From assembly GCA_002633005.1 (NCBI GenBank), contig NMRA01001041.1, forward strand, positions 1 through 64,000: DNA of 64,000 nucleotides, given 5' to 3'. The notes under the pieces are model-generated. The model had not been told where the DNA came from and did no database searches. It saw nothing but the letters and a program-made list of their open reading frames with translations. This document shows, one piece after another, positions 63,945-64,000 of the stretch. The translations under genes and the position numbers were made by a program. The stretch comes from Phoronis australis. Lineage: Eukaryota; Animalia; Phoronida. Each line of letters begins with the position of its first letter. The first letter of the stretch is position 1.

Positions 63945-64000
63945 TAGGCAATGACCATCGCCTCTGTTGGCCCGAACCAGAGGCGATGTAGAGGCTATAG
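63945..64000. mobile_element. Start of a further foldback copy (runs off the window)
   Basis: TAGGCAATGACCATCGCCTCTGTTGGCCCG matches the TIR start. Confidence 0.85.

Overview
AT-rich, transposon-dense animal genomic DNA, probably from a lophotrochozoan invertebrate (inference from the ATP synthase g C-terminal tail, the DEATH-SEFIR adaptor and the TE repertoire). It has two N-gaps. Two spliced host genes are convergent. (1) A 5-coding-exon gene on + (29077-41920, 604 aa) encodes an N-terminal death domain, a low-complexity linker and a C-terminal SEFIR domain, i.e. an Act1/CIKS (TRAF3IP2)-like IL-17-pathway adaptor. (2) The last two exons of mitochondrial ATP synthase subunit g lie on - (50957-49632); its first exon was not found. 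The rest is largely nested mobile DNA. A non-autonomous LTR retroelement (tRNA-Ser PBS, PPT) carries a TatD-nuclease ORF instead of gag/pol. A tRNA-containing solo LTR with near-identical termini is inserted at almost the same position of the same host repeat. A decayed ISL2EU-type element carries spliced THAP and SAP/YqaJ-exonuclease remnants that the ORF track does not show. Also present are long-TIR foldback elements with 9-bp TSDs, Kolobok-, Harbinger- and hAT-type elements (5-, 6- and 8-bp TSDs), Helentron/HINE-type elements whose internal arrays carry CTCF-like motifs about every 150 bp, LINE RNase H and piggyBac-like fragments, and minisatellites. All calls were made by eye; no database searches were run.
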